A DNA stretch of 64,000 nucleotides from Azolla caroliniana (lineage: Eukaryota; Plantae; Polypodiophyta), in assembly GCA_043228905.1 (NCBI GenBank), contig JBHGNT010000009.1, positions 20,274,001 to 20,338,000 on the forward strand. Direction: 5' to 3'. This document shows, piece by piece, positions 1-13,629 of this stretch. Each line of letters begins with the position of its first letter. Position 1 is the stretch's first letter. The translations under genes and the position numbers were made by a program. The notes below the pieces were generated by a model, which saw only the letters and a program-made list of their open reading frames with translations, did not search any database and was not told the origin of the DNA.

Positions 1-1105
1 TTACAATTCTATAAGGTCATCCTAAGTTTATTGTCTGTCACATGGGCCACACGCCATCAATTGGCGGCGTGATCATTAATTATCACACGTCCGTCTCGGT
101 AAAAAGCACGGTGCCCCTCTTTACGAGCTTGTATGACTTGCGGCATACAAGTTTTACGATGCTCAATTTGCATCTTGGTCAAGTCTTCATCGAGGTAGAT
201 AGGGTCCCCGCCCAAACCTCGAAGAATTGGTCTCTTTTTAAAAAAGGTGATCCTAGATTCTGAGTCCTTAAACTGGAGGACTAAAGCTCTTTTCCTAGTG
301 TGACACGCCCTACTCTCCAAGTTTTAGTGATTGGTAGGGCTTCGTACCCCAACATCTTCCCTAATGTTTGTGCATCTTCGTCGGGAGATGCCCCTTCTTT
401 GAGCCCAGTAACTCTTACGTTCAAGCGTCGAGCTTGACACATTTTTTCCTCCTCAAGGGTGGTGTTTACAATATTTTCATCCTTTAGTTCCTTTTTAATA
501 TTACGTTTTACTACATCAACCCACCCAGTTTTTGGTAGTTCCATATCGCTTTTAACCTCTTCCTTAACCTTTTTTATCTCGTCCTTAATATCCTCTAGGG
601 AGGATATTTCACCATCCTAGATGTCTCAAGGTCCTTAACTTGTTTTTGAAGGTTCACGTTGTCTTCCTTAAGTTTCACTATTTCAACGTTCTTTTTCTTC
701 CTTATATTTTTGGTTTTGAGCTTCAATCTCTTTTGCCCATTTTTCCATTTTAACTAACCGTTTAAGGACATCTAAAAATTCTTCCTTACTTATAATTTCG
801 TCGTGTGTTTCCCTATGGTTTCGTCGAGAAGTCATGTTGTAATTCAAAAGATAGAAGAAAGAAAAAGTCAAAAAGGGATAGAAAAACTTAGCCGAGCATC
901 GATGTCTTGCGCGCGCTAGGTACAAGTGTAGAAGCACATTTGTACTCTCTCGTCTACACAACCGACAACGTTGTAAGAGGTGTAGGTGACATTCACGGTT
1001 GGCAACGGCAACGACGAAAGACAATAGCGACAAATGACGACAACGGCGACATCAGTCTACGACGGCGGTAGCGACGACGATAAACGGCGGTTCAAACGAC
1101 GACAG
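1..1105 (-). mobile_element. LINE (non-LTR retrotransposon) 5' region with disrupted ORF1; continues off the left edge
   Basis: Minus-strand fragments read as a coiled-coil (LKRLVKMEKWAKEIEAQNQKYKEE), then RRLNVRVTGLKEG, then IYLDEDLTKMQIEHRK...RAFYRDGRVIIN. This is the typical ORF1p RRM/CTD layout. It is broken by frameshifts. A CpG-rich (GTC)n-like 5' UTR lies at ~900-1105. Confidence 0.7.
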
Positions 1106-1534
1106 ACACACATACACACACATAGAGCAGAGTCTCTCTCTGTCTCTGTCTTTGTCTCTAACCCATGCAATAGTGAATTAGAAGAGATGACAAGGTGTGA
1201 CACGATAGGTCGGGCTTTTCAAATGGTAATTAACACAAGTTTGGCATATCATATTAGCATTTCAAAAGCCTAATCGGTTTAGGTTGATTAAAAACCTTTC
1301 TGGGGCTTTCCAGGAGGACATGTATGCGTTTGTTCTAGTGCATATCTTTCTAGGCGTTCCGCGAGGCTTTACCAATGATCCGGACATGAAGCAGTGATCT
1401 CGCTTGAATTCTGATAATTGGGAGTCCCGGTCGCGCCCATTTATGGGGACAAAGAGGAGAGAGCAAGGGATAGCTGTTACAATGTTATATACACAGTTTT
1501 TTGGTCTCCTATAGGCTTTTGCTTACACTTTTGA

Positions 1535-1700
1535 GATAAAGAGAGAGAGACAGAGTTATGTAGAGAGAGAGAAGAGAGAGAGAGAGACAGAGTTATGTAG
1601 AGAGAGAGACAGAGAGAGACAGAGTTACGTAGAGAGAGAGAGTTACGTAGAGAGAGAGAGAGAGAGAAAACTCTGTCTCTGTCTCTGTCTCTTTCTGTCT
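1535..1700. repeat. Compound (AG)n / (TC)n microsatellite block upstream of JMJ30
   Basis: Units of gagacagagtta(t/c)gtagagagag are repeated about 4 times, followed by (TCTCTG)n. Confidence 0.9.
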
Positions 1701-1719
1701 CTAACCCACCTGGCGATCC

Positions 1720-4363
1720 ATGGAGGAGGAGGAGGAGGAGGAGGAGGAGGCAGAAGAGCAGCAGCATGTCCTGCGAGAGGTGTGTGGTCAAGGCGGGTTC
1801 GCGTATGCTTCCATGGTAACGCGCGCCGCAGAGGGCGATTGCGGCGCCGCTGATGCCGCCCACGAGATGGCGTGGGAACAGCTCCATTCGGGGCCATGGC
1901 ACGCCGTCCATCCCGCTTGGCGTGACGCTTACTCCCTCTCCTGCCTCCACTTGGCTGCTACCCATCTTCATGATGCCCGCGCAGCCCTCCGAGTCCTGGA
2001 TATGGGTCTCCTCATGGGCGGCCTTCTCCTGAAACCTCGCATTCAGTCGGCCATCTCAGAAAGACAGAAGCGGATTTCAGATGATGATGATGATGATGAT
2101 GATATCGCAGCACAGGTGGAGATACCCCATGATGATGTGGCAGACCACTTGTCCCATGTAGGTATTTCTTAACCCTTGCACACAATGCATGTTTTACTCA
2201 CGATTCTGGTTGGCTGACTTAGCAATTCATTATATAGTTTGCTTTTTAAGTTTTTTTTACATCATGTCTTCTTGGGGGATAAGAACATAGTCTTGGAAGC
2301 CTGATTGGCTAACATATGTTGCTTTGGGCATCCGTTTTGCCTTGTGGTGTTTAATGCTGATAGCACATATTTTACTCTTGTCATCTATTGTGTGGTATGG
2401 TGCAAAATGTTAAGGATATAATTTTGGCATCCAGTGTGCTTTATTATAGATCCTTTTGGTAATAAATGTCACTTTGGCATCCGTTGTTGTAAGTGATAAT
2501 GCATTATAATCTCGATATACATATATTACTCTGTCCGTTATATTAAATTATTCTGTAATAGGGATAACATTGATGGTATGTGAGCATGCATTAATGCCAA
2601 TCATATGTAAGTGCGTCCTATATTACCTGTGATCTTGTGCGGTTATGCACTGCATGAAAGTTGATGCTACGCATGTCCCTGATTAATACAGATTGTATAT
2701 GACAATGTTGCGCATTAATGTTGATTCTATGTTACTAATAGTAATGCAATGTGATTTTGCTTTGCCTTCTTGCTCACTTTGCAAAAGAACAATTTTATTT
2801 GTCCTGATCATTCTGGGTCAAAGAGATTCTTTCACAATTATTGTCTCAAGATTTTTAGGTCTAAATAGCCAGCTTATTAGGAATCTATAAATAGGTGGTC
2901 ACAACAGAGCTGCCCCATGGATCTTTGTATTCGTTGGAAATCAGCAAGAGGAGTCTGTTACCAGTTGAAGATTTCCTCTGCAACTTTTTTATGCCAAGTT
3001 TCCCAGTAGTGATAACAAATGCAATGACACATTGGCCAGCACTGAAGAAATGGAGTCATATGGGATACTTCATGGATGTTGTTGGAAACCGTACTGTGCC
3101 TGTGGAGGTATATGTCGTTTCATTCCACTAGTTGCTCAAAATCTTTTCCAGATGAAACACATCTGTCTCTTTTGCTAAATTGTAAGTGAAAGAAACCCCA
3201 CCCAAAACAATGAGTTCTTTAGTTTCTAAGCTTTTGATCACTGGACTGTAGGTGGGGGAACATTACCTTGCTTCAGGTTGGAAACAGGAGCTTATGACGA
3301 TGTTAGAATTTCTTAAAAGGATTCAAGTATCTGAATGTAATTGTTCTGAACGGCCATATCTAGCCCAACATCCGCTTTTCGAGCAGGTGATTCAAGCAGT
3401 AGCTCTGCTTATTTTCAGAAATGGGCTGTTGAAACTTGAATGATTTAGAGTTGTGGGGAGATCTTTTTCTTCAGATTCCCGAACTTCAGGAAGACATCAG
3501 GATTCCTGACTATTGCGCAGCATCAGGAGGAGAACTAAGAGTGATAAATGCATGGCTTGGTCCAAAAGGAACAGTCACACCTTTACATTATGATCCACAT
3601 CATAACCTTCTTTGTCAAGTTAGTGAAATTCTCTAATGGACATAATTGTAACCTAAATATTTTGTTTAGCATTCAAATATGTGCGTGGTCTCTTTATTCT
3701 GCAACCATCAAACATTCTCTTACATTGAGCATTTTTTGAAGGTTGTTGGACAGAAATATGTGAGGCTCTACTCTCCAGAAGCTACGAAAGGACTCTATCC
3801 ATTCGAAGAAACAATGCTTTGTAACTCGAGCCAGGTACTTGGTGCAGATCGATTATATTTTTGCACCAGGCTATCAAGGTTATGTAGGGAATAGACTGCA
3901 GATATGTTTGCTCTTGGCTATGGTGAAGAATTAATACAAGATGTTGACAATGTTCTCTTACCTAAGGGTTTAGGATCTTAACTATGGATATTTTGGTTTC
4001 AGGGTTTAGGGTTTTCTTAATTATGGAGATTTAGGGGGTGTAACAGTTTCCCAACTATGGATATTTTGGTTACAGGGTTTACATAATTTCAGGGTTTCCC
4101 AACTCCATGCATATTGGAAGGGACGTTGTCTGATGTTGTATTAGCACAAGTTCATAACTGTTTGCTTTTTAAATGTGTAGGTGGATTTGGACAATCCAGA
4201 TTATAGCAAGTTCCCGTTGGCACAAAATCTATCCTTCATGGACTGTACATTGGAGGAAGGAGAGATGCTTTACATTCCCCCAAAATGGTGGCATTATGTA
4301 AGGTCTCTCAGCTTGAGTTTTTCGGTCAGTTTCTGGTGGAGTGGGACAGAACAAGATGACTGA
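1720..4363 (+). CDS. JMJ30: JmjC-domain protein JMJD5/KDM8 (plant JMJ30-like), 401 aa; exons 1720-2157, 2895-3107, 3252-3386, 3475-3618, 3742-3834, 4181-4363
   Basis: All five introns are GT-AG, phase 0, and join an open frame. Motifs: [67 protein letters not shown] (HxD) and [27 protein letters not shown] (distal His). Poly-E and poly-D tracts come from (GAG)n and (GAT)n. Confidence 0.95.
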
Positions 4364-5532
4364 AAGAGTGGCAGGCTGTTGTCCTCAAAGAGTCATGCAA
4401 AAACATTTGACTGTTATTTCCATGATTTACAAAGTAGCGTTTTTGTTTGGGTGTGACGCTATTTAGTTCATGGTTTACTGATGGGTATATATAGAAGAAA
4501 TGTATGAAAGAGTAGCCAGCCATGTAATGTAGACAGTGATAAACGCCAGATGCAATGACTAAACAGCCTCAGAAATATTATACAAAGGTGTGCTGGTTCA
4601 AAACTAATTTGTTTATGTGCCGTTGGACCACTGAAATGTTACTAGGGGCCTTTAATGATGCCTGCAGATTTAATGACCCAATATATAAAAGATTCAATCA
4701 TTTGTTGATGGTTTACCCATAGGTTGAATGCACGATCAGGTAGCTACCTGCATGTCTAAGAATATGCATTAAAGTCCTTAAAACCTACCTGAATATTCAA
4801 TAAATTTATGGGTACCAACTAAGCCGTCATAAACTGAATCGACAACAGCAGATAATAATATTTATACATAAGTGGAAGGTAACATAATTCCTCTCATATA
4901 TTGGTTCATCCCTTGACTAGAATTCTAGGTTTGTAAATTACTCAATTCTTGAGATCTCCTACTTGGACCTTCTTGGAGAAAATCATATGCTGTGCCTAAC
5001 AAATCACTAGATTAATGTGTAGTTCTAATATAATATTTCAATTAAGCATACTCCTTGTAAGAAGTATACTAATGTTTACGAATTTCATTGCAATAATTTA
5101 TTAATTTTATCAAGGCAATGGTGATGATACTTAGGAAATTCTTCATCATTGTTGGTACAAACTATGAATAATACAGTAGTCTACAAAAAAACTGGACAAA
5201 AGATATCTTCTTTGGGACAACATGGCCCATCCACATGCAATTGATAGAATGTACAAGGAACCTGAACTACAAGTTGATCTTACAAGTACAGTCCTCAGTT
5301 TGCTCCCAAAAATATGACCCCAAAGGTCTTGAGCACTTTGACCCATCTTAAGCAGTGACAAAGGTGCACAGTACATGATGATTAATAGTAAGAATACTTC
5401 AATCCATAGGGGATACTGGTTGCTGTTTGTGTGGCCATTGGGAGAGTTGACATATGGAAATGGCCCCAACCCCTAACTGTGACAACGCATACCGAATAAC
5501 CTCATTGACATTCAATAGCATTCTTTCCTTGC

Positions 5533-8500
5533 TCATGTTGATGCTCGAAAGCTACTCGGCCTTGCAACAGACATGTTCCTCTCATCATCTGAGGATGTTA
5601 CTGGCTCATTACTTAGACTCCACTCAGACTTCCTTAAATGAGAACTTGGTAGAACCTCATTTTCATTGGGGTCTATTGTATCAAAGCCTTGTGTCACTGG
5701 GCGGAAAGTACTTGGCCTGCTGGAAGTGGAGTTTCTCTGGTGATCCCACGATTTATCTAAAACCTCATTCTCATTTGGCTCTGTGATATCTAAGTATTGC
5801 ATCGATGATTCGGTAGTACTAGGAAACTTGGAAATCAAGTTTCTCTGATATTCTGAGGATGTAACTGCATCATCCCTTACACCCCCTTCAAACATCCTTG
5901 GATATAATTGAAATGAATGTCTAGACGTAGAGTTTCCCTGGTAATTTGACGATGTAGCTGCCTCATTACTTACATTCCAATCAGATCTTAATTCAGTTTC
6001 CTTCGGCTCGATTGTATCAATGTATCGCATTGATGTTCGAGTATTTCTCGGATGGTTGGATGTTGAGTTTCTCTGATAGTCTGAGGATGTAACCACCTCA
6101 TTACTCATCGGCTCAATCATATCAACATATCGCATTGATGTTAGGGAGTTTCTCTCATAATCGGCGGCTAAATCATACTCTTCCCTCTCCATACTCGTTC
6201 TCGATTTCCTGATCTCTGAAAATAATGGAGTTTCTGGGCTTTCCAGTTGAACACCATCAAAGGTTGGCATTGAGCTATTTGATTGGGCGGAATGGGAGAC
6301 AGACAAGCCCCTTTGATAATCTGAAGTCGCAGCCATGTCCTCATCATCCCTCTCCATGATGATCCTTGATTTCCTTCCTTCTGCAATGATGGGTGGTTTT
6401 CCATCACTGAACATGAATCTTGATTTTCTTCCTCCAAAGATCACAGGTACCACTTGAGGACTTACAGCACACTCGGCCTCATCTCTGAAAATGAATTTAG
6501 ATTTCCTTGATCCTGACTGTGTATATGCAAAAGCCTCACCCTCATCTGGTTCTACCATATTGAAGTTTTGCATTGATGATTGTGTAGTACTACTTGGATG
6601 GCTTGAAATGGAACTTCTCTGATAATCCCTTTCGGTAGGCAATTGTGATTTCCTGCTCTCTGCATCATCCTCGTCCTTTTCAATAATCATTCTTGATTTT
6701 CTGCTCTCTGTAACTCTTGGAGTTTGAGAGTATTCTACTTGGACTCCATCAGAGCTTTGTGATGAGCTACTTGAGCTGGCTGAGTGTGTAACAGACACAC
6801 CGCTTTGATAATTTGAAGGTGTGGGGGCCTCATTGTAATTTGATTCAACCATATCATAGGTGCGCATTGATTGTCGGGTAGTACTTGGTTGGCTGCCGAT
6901 ACTCAAGCATCTCTGACATGTCGATGGTGGTGCATCTTCTTCACTTTCAAAACTGACCCTGGATTTTCTTACGTCTGACAATTGTGGAGATTGTTTCGAT
7001 ACAGCATCAGAATTTCCCAAAGACGTAGTTGACCTAGTTGTCTCGGTGGTAACCAAACTCCTTTGGTAATCTGTCAATGGATCCTCATCCCTTTCGATTT
7101 GGTGTCTTGATTTTCTCCCCTCTGCTGCCATAATGGGGCGAGCTGTTATTTGTTCTTCATCCATCACAATGAACCTTGATTTTCTTGCCTCTGCTGCAAA
7201 ACCAGAGGTAAGTGGGTCTTTATCCTGAGAAATGAACCTTGATTTTCTTCCCTCTGCTGCAAAAATGGGGGTAGATGGCTCCTTGTCCTGTGAATTGAAC
7301 AATGATTTCCTACTTAAAAATGAACCTTGTGGGTTCTCATCCATAACATCAAACCTAGATTTTCTTCCTTTTATCACCTCGTCCCTCACATCAAACCTCA
7401 ATTTACTACCTTCTCCAAAGACAGGAGGCAATATATTTTGTAAGCCACCATTACTCACAATGAACCTGGACTTTCTTCTCTCAGTGGGTATAGGAACCAC
7501 CGAGTTTTCTGAAATGATGCCATCTGCTGAATTATGCCTTTCTGAACCATCTGGGAATCTGCTATCAAGGCCTTGAACATCACCCGTTTCAGAAGAAGCA
7601 GAAGATTCTGAGCTTATTTCGAATGGGCTAGGCTCAACTTGGAAACGTGATTTTCTCTGAGAGTACATTGGATCGACTTCCTCAGTACTAGTCCAATCCT
7701 GATGCATATATTGCCTTTCTCCCATGTATATATTAGGTTGATTACTTAGTTCATTTGTTGGCTGACCTCTTCTGTCATTTACTATGCTAGATTCACCATA
7801 GTTTGCAGTACTATTGCGTTCCTGTATACTGATTCGGGATATGGGTTCCTGACTCTCCCTCGATCCAATATACATAGATTTTCTTGCAACATTTGCTTCT
7901 AAACTGGCATCCATTTCATCCTCTCCTGAACCACTTGATTGTGAATCTGGGCTCTGGTGGCTATATGCAGCAGTATTAAATTCTTCATTGGAATACCTGG
8001 GCACACTTGCTCTGGGTTCAACACTCCCCATAGTGTCAGCTACAATCTGATTTGAATTCATCGATTGCACTTGGGATTGATCGTATGGCTGTACTTGTGT
8101 CAACTTGATTGAAGATCTGTTTTCCATTTCAGATTGCTGCATTTCTTGAAACTCCTCCTTTGACTTATTTCTTGGAGAATAATACTCTATATCAAACAAT
8201 AACTGCTGAGTGTTGTCATATGTCTTAGATAGCTTGCTTGATGGGTCTATTGTAGGTTGATATCCTCCATTCATCACAGGTGGGACATCAGTGGCATTCT
8301 GTGTGTTGTCCTCTCCTTCTTGTGACATTTCAACCGAGTCATCATCTGGAAGCTCCCTGATCTCTAATTGAGGAGAAAATGCAACTCGATTAGGTTGACG
8401 TGAAGCGCCAAGCTTAATTGTTCTTTTACGATTCAGTAACGCATTGTTGCTATCATCCTTACTTTGTGTTTCAGAAAACTGTGCTAACTCTGGAAAATCT

Positions 8501-11500
8501 CCACTTCCTTTTCTGGATTGTTCATTATTATAAGGTGAACTATCTAAATCATTTGAGGGATAACCTTGCTGGCTCATTCTGTGTTCCTCGATATATGGAT
8601 TTGTTTCATAGAATGATATAGAAGGATCTTGAAGACGAAATAAAGAGGATTGTACCCTTGAAGTGCCTTCCATTGATGACCCAAAACTACTACTTCCTTC
8701 TGCAAGTACTGGCTCATGCCTTACTTGCGCTTCTGTATTAAACAAACCTTGTCTACTACTCCTAAGGGGGGATGTCAGCCTTGTTCCTGTTCCATTGTAA
8801 TTGGTTGAATAAGGTGTATTTGTCATGTTATAGTTTGGGGTATATCCGAAAGATTTCCTTCTTGAAAAAGGCGACTGTAAACAGAGATCATCAGAGCTTC
8901 TTCTTGTGCTATTATTATAGCCCCAGTTTCGTTTTTCTCTTCCAGAATTCCACCTTGTAGGTGAAGAAGAGTAAAACCTTTTTCCATTTCTCTTGTTAGT
9001 GTTAGAAGTGTAAAACATTTCTAATTCACTCAGCATATTTGAAGTTTTAATATGCCCAAGTAAAGCCTCTAGTTCAGAAAGTGAATCTGCAAGGCAAAGC
9101 CTTGCCCTAGAAACTGGCTTTTTTAGCATGCTCAACTGCCTGGCCTGTTCTGGCGTGACAATGAGCTGGCTTTCTCTGCGTAATGGCTTTTGCACACAAG
9201 AAATTTCTTCTTGTTTCGCTCCATCTTGCACCCCTATTCTTGAGTTTTCTTGTTGTGTGACAAGAACTCCACCAACAGCATTTTTTATAAGATCAATCGA
9301 TGCATTAAGTTCTTTTGTCCAAGAACTCTGTTCTGCCTGTAGTGGAAAAGAATGAGTAAAACCACTTTTAGGATTTCTACTTTGCCTACACCCATGTCAA
9401 TGTCAACGAAAATGTTGGAGGAATATGAGTTGTTGTCATCATCTCTGGCAGAAGAGAAATCTGTCTGTGGGGTGGTTCACTTACTTCTTGCACTGGATTA
9501 AAATTTAGAGGATCAGAAGTATCAAAGTGGAGTTGAAATCCAGGCACTTCAGGAAACGTCTGTACAAAAATATCATAAGAGGTGTAATAAATGCATATTT
9601 TACTCACATCAGTTCCATGTGAATGCATCCACATACAAAAAGGGTATATACCCATCATCATCAAAGGGAGTGAATAGAAGAAATTGACATACAGTTACTT
9701 TTGCATTGAATAGGGATGAAACCAAGAATGCCCGCTGGCCTTCTATTTCCTAGGAGGTATTCAAAAATATTGGCATTTTCAACAATGTAAGTGCTATTAC
9801 CAAATAAAGAAAAGAAAAAGTTGAGTACAGAGGGTGCACACATGCACACCTGAAAGCCGAACAATTTTCCGGGGATGAGTACCAGAAACCTTAACTTCAG
9901 TTTTATTCCATTGCTATCACATTGCTGAACTAAACCATGCTTCATAACATGAGCATGGTCCTGTCCAATGAATGACAGTCAAATGAGTATAGGTTCACAG
10001 TGTATGAATGTATCCGTGTAGGAACATCTTTTTGCATGTGTGTGGTGCAACTAAATAGAAACATATAAACACATTACTAGGCCAATGATGCCTTTGTTTA
10101 CTCCACTCTTCAGAATGTCTTCAATCCTTACTGATTGGCCATCACTGATGTACTGCAAAAGAATAAATTGTTTTTCTACTTCATCAGTTTCAATTTCACC
10201 ATGCTGTAGTTTTATTTCATCCTTTGGTGTTGCATCTTATAGTTGAAATAAAAAATTTCAGACCTGTGAGACATGTCGAATGCATTCTGCTTCTGCAACG
10301 TTTTGAGGAATTATCTGCCATTCATCATGTCTGAGGCATAAAAGTGATATGATATTCTCAGATCCACACTTTGATGGGGGAACTTTTCTCTCGGAAATGA
10401 TGGGCTGAATGGATTTCACAGAACAATAAATTACTGACAATATTGCATGGAAACATACCTGAATGTAAGTGTTATAAACTGATCTATCTCATCTTCAGAA
10501 CTCCCCTGCTTCTGGAATCCTGTGAATGACTGAGTCTGCATGAATAATAGCTTGAATTGTAAGGAAAATTAAACATACAAACATTTATTTCAATGATGGA
10601 GCTTTTGTTCATGAGAATTTTTACCAGAATTGTGTTTTCTTCATCCCTTATAACGCATCTCTGCATATCAAAGTCAATGTCCAAAATTCCCTTGTACCAT
10701 GTTTTTTTCACCTGTACAACAGAAATGAAAAACAACCCCTTCAGGATCAAGCTGTATTTAGATTTAAAATAAAATGAAATATGTGCGTTTGATAATGCTA
10801 CAAATTTCTTTTATAATACATTATATTACTGGTGGAACACGTACACACACGCATGCAAATATACAAATACGACATATGTGTCTTCATACAAGAAACATTC
10901 AGAGAAGAGGCACATATCTGCTCCTCTATATTTATTGAACCATAGCAAGCATATGATGACTGCCTGAGTGAAGACATGAACATATGATTTGCGTCAGAAG
11001 TAGGTCCACCACACATATGCATACTTGTTTTGTTTAGAAAAATGTGTTAATGTGAGATAAAAACCCCACAAAACATATTTACAACAAATCACATGAGGAA
11101 AATTCATGACAGACATGAAAAACATAACGAGGAACATCTCAGGGAAAACCACAATAACGGACATGAATTGGAAGCTGATTGCCCAAATTTCTGCTCATTA
11201 CGAATTGTCCAAAATGTCCTGGAACCCAATATTGACCCAATGTAAAAATAATGATAAGAATCTTGAGATTCCGTTGTAAAAAGGAAAAAGTTCAAAAGAA
11301 CTGTCAGATTGATCTGAAGGGAACTGGAACTGTAGAAAGTGGGTAACTTGTCACGAGAGAAGTATAATATGGGGACAAGAATAGATGAAAAAAATGTTTT
11401 TATACTCTTGTCCATAGATAAGACTTATCAAGAGCCAAAGCAATTTAACTTTATTACAAGATGACCAAGTAGACATTGCTAGAGGAATAGGCAATGCATA

Positions 11501-11823
11501 AGACACAATGAATTCTTCCGTATCTGTGTCACATACATGTAAATGTCCTACAAGTGGCCTACGCAATTTCCTTTTATTATAAACACCAGAGATCAAGATC
11601 CCTAAGTACACATCTCCAGGGAAATAGATATTGCTTAAGAGGCTATGAATTCTTCTATACTCCTACTCCTGTTTCACAAAAATTTACATACAAATACAAA
11701 TAATAAAACACTTGCCTTGGCGTTATCTTCAGGGAATCTGAGGCGGTGGATTGAGCTGGAGAAATCTACTTGAAAAGAGAGTAGATGGCTCTCTTTGAAA
11801 AAATCCAATACAGAGGATTCCAT
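5533..11823 (-). CDS. Uncharacterised ~1478-aa protein with tandem PH-like domains and a long disordered Ser/Arg-rich repeat tail; exons 11823-11716, 10711-10625, 10535-10459, 10330-10264, 10152-10102, 9960-9850, 9749-9693, 9559-9485, 9336-5533
   Basis: Manual splicing (one GC-AG and seven GT-AG introns, 89-1004 nt) gives an open frame: MESSVLDFFKESHLLSFQVDF...KKTWYKGILDIDFDMQRCVIRDEE...IIPQNVAEAECIRHVSQYI...VMKHGLVQQCDSNGIKLKLRFLVLIPGKLFGFQ...FQLHF...PLNFNPVQEAEQSSWTKELNASI. The second half matches the PH pattern (beta1 K-x-G, beta2 R-F-L-V-L, C-terminal helix with W). It is followed by a 3.8-kb terminal exon. The 10102 donor is the least certain boundary. Confidence 0.75.
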
Positions 11824-12274
11824 GGTTCAAATTCCAAATTCCTACATTTTGCTCAAGAATACAGAGGAATGGGGCTGTGATATAGCATGCCCTCACGAGC
11901 GGCGGCGGAGCGTCGCATTTCAATTCTTCACACAAAACCTTCAATCAAATGATGTATGCTCTGTTGTTGTAAAATCAAATGATGTATGTGTGCCCTCACA
12001 AGGGGCATATTTCGATGGCAACAGGGATTCGATTTGCCTCTTGTGATTCAACGATTGGGAGGGAGCTGAAGAAGCAGCAATCGGAGGAGGAGCAGGAGGA
12101 GAAACAGAGAGCAAAGCAGGCCTTTCTCTGTTTTGGAGTGCCTTCCTTGAATGGGAAGCAAGCAGAGAGACGACGAAAGAACGTCACGCTTCCTCCTCCC
12201 ATCACGAAACAGAAAAAGCAACAACGTTTCAAAAAAAAAACAAAAAATCCTTCACGTTTAGATTTCTCTTATGC

Positions 12275-12395
12275 ATACATACCATACCATACATACCTAC
12301 CATACCATACCATACCATACCATACCATACCATACCATACCATACCATACCATACCATACATACATACCATAGATACCATACCATACATACATAT
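12275..12395. repeat. (ATACC)n pentanucleotide microsatellite
   Basis: Direct reading; it produces the spurious YHTIP repeats of ORF 11979-12566. Confidence 0.95.
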
Positions 12396-13629
12396 ATGCT
12401 CGTGTGTTTGTCCGCTACCAAAATCATAAATAGGGCTCGCGAGCGACGTGTCTATTTTGAGACAGACAAATCATTAATAGGGCTGGCGAGGGAATCCGCG
12501 GCCCCTGGACGGTGCAGGTCGCTCAAATGCGTGGCGCGTGCGATCTGCACCGTCCGATTTGGATAAGAAAAAATCGCGCGACCAAAATTGTTGTCGGAGG
12601 TCGCCCAAAACTCTTTGAGTACTCGGTCGCCCAACCCTATCAGAGGTTGCCCAACTACCTATTGTGGTCACCCAACCTACATATTCTGGTTGCCCAACCT
12701 ACCTATTGTCCGTTGCCCAACCTCTGTAACGTATGTGGTCTCCCAACTGAGTTTAAATGTGGTTGCCCCACCTACCATTTCAGTTTTGTCACCCAACCGA
12801 GTTTTAATGTGGCTATGTGGTTGCCCAACTGAGTTTTAATGTGGCCATGTGGTCGCCCAACCTTTTAATCGACGACTATAAAACCCTAAAACTTGTCATT
12901 ATCTCTCAATTTTTCAAATGAGATTGACAGGTTCTTTTGTCGGGAAAACGATTTTTCTTCAGGTGTCTTGCAATCGACATTCCAAGCAATCACTTCTACT
13001 ATCGGTGCCCTACTATTTCCCAGGTATGTATTTGTGTTTGTCTCTACATTTTCTAATTTTTATTTTTTTGATGTGGTTGGCTTTTTCATGTCGAAATATT
13101 AGGGTTTGGGAGAAGGTTTTGGTTGATATTATGATTTTAATGTGATATTATGGTTTGATATTAGAATGGTAGGGATAAGGTTTAGGGTTTAGCATGATAA
13201 TATGATTGTAAAAATTGTTTAGGGTTTGTTTGATACAATGAATAAGTTTATTCTAAAAAATTGTTTACAACATGTTTCTTGATATGTGATCTTAGAATGT
13301 TAATGGTTTATGGTTGGAGTGTGTTGATATTGAATTTAATTTGCTTGATATTGATTATTAATGATATTATGATATTAGCTTGATACTGATTATTTGTGGT
13401 AACTGGTTTATGGTTGATATTATGATTTTAATGCTTGATATTAGAATGTGGCCCAAGTTTAGAACAAGTTTAGCTCACTGATCATTGAATAGACTTGTAG
13501 AAACTTATTGATTATTAATGGTTTACGGTTCAACGCTTTGCTTGATTAAAGTTAATATTGTGTGTGTTTGAGCATTAAAATTAGAAAATGTTTGATTATT
13601 TATGTTTTCTTTTCCTTGTATGGTGGTAG

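Noticed and set aside
1477-1971. 164-aa minus-strand ORF overlapping JMJ30 exon 1
   Set aside because: It is the antisense shadow of a GC-rich exon plus microsatellites.
3960-4105. AGGGTTT-containing degenerate repeats in JMJ30 intron 5 as interstitial telomere
   Set aside because: Only scattered single motifs, not a (TTTAGGG)n array.
10625-10711. KKTWYKGIL resembling the DUF2439 (ZGRF1/RAD54B-type) N-terminal motif
   Set aside because: Only a short resemblance; no helicase or zinc-finger context. A generic PH-like fold explains it as well.
11979-12566. 195-aa ORF with YHTIP repeats
   Set aside because: Translation of the (ATACC)n microsatellite and the MULE TIR.
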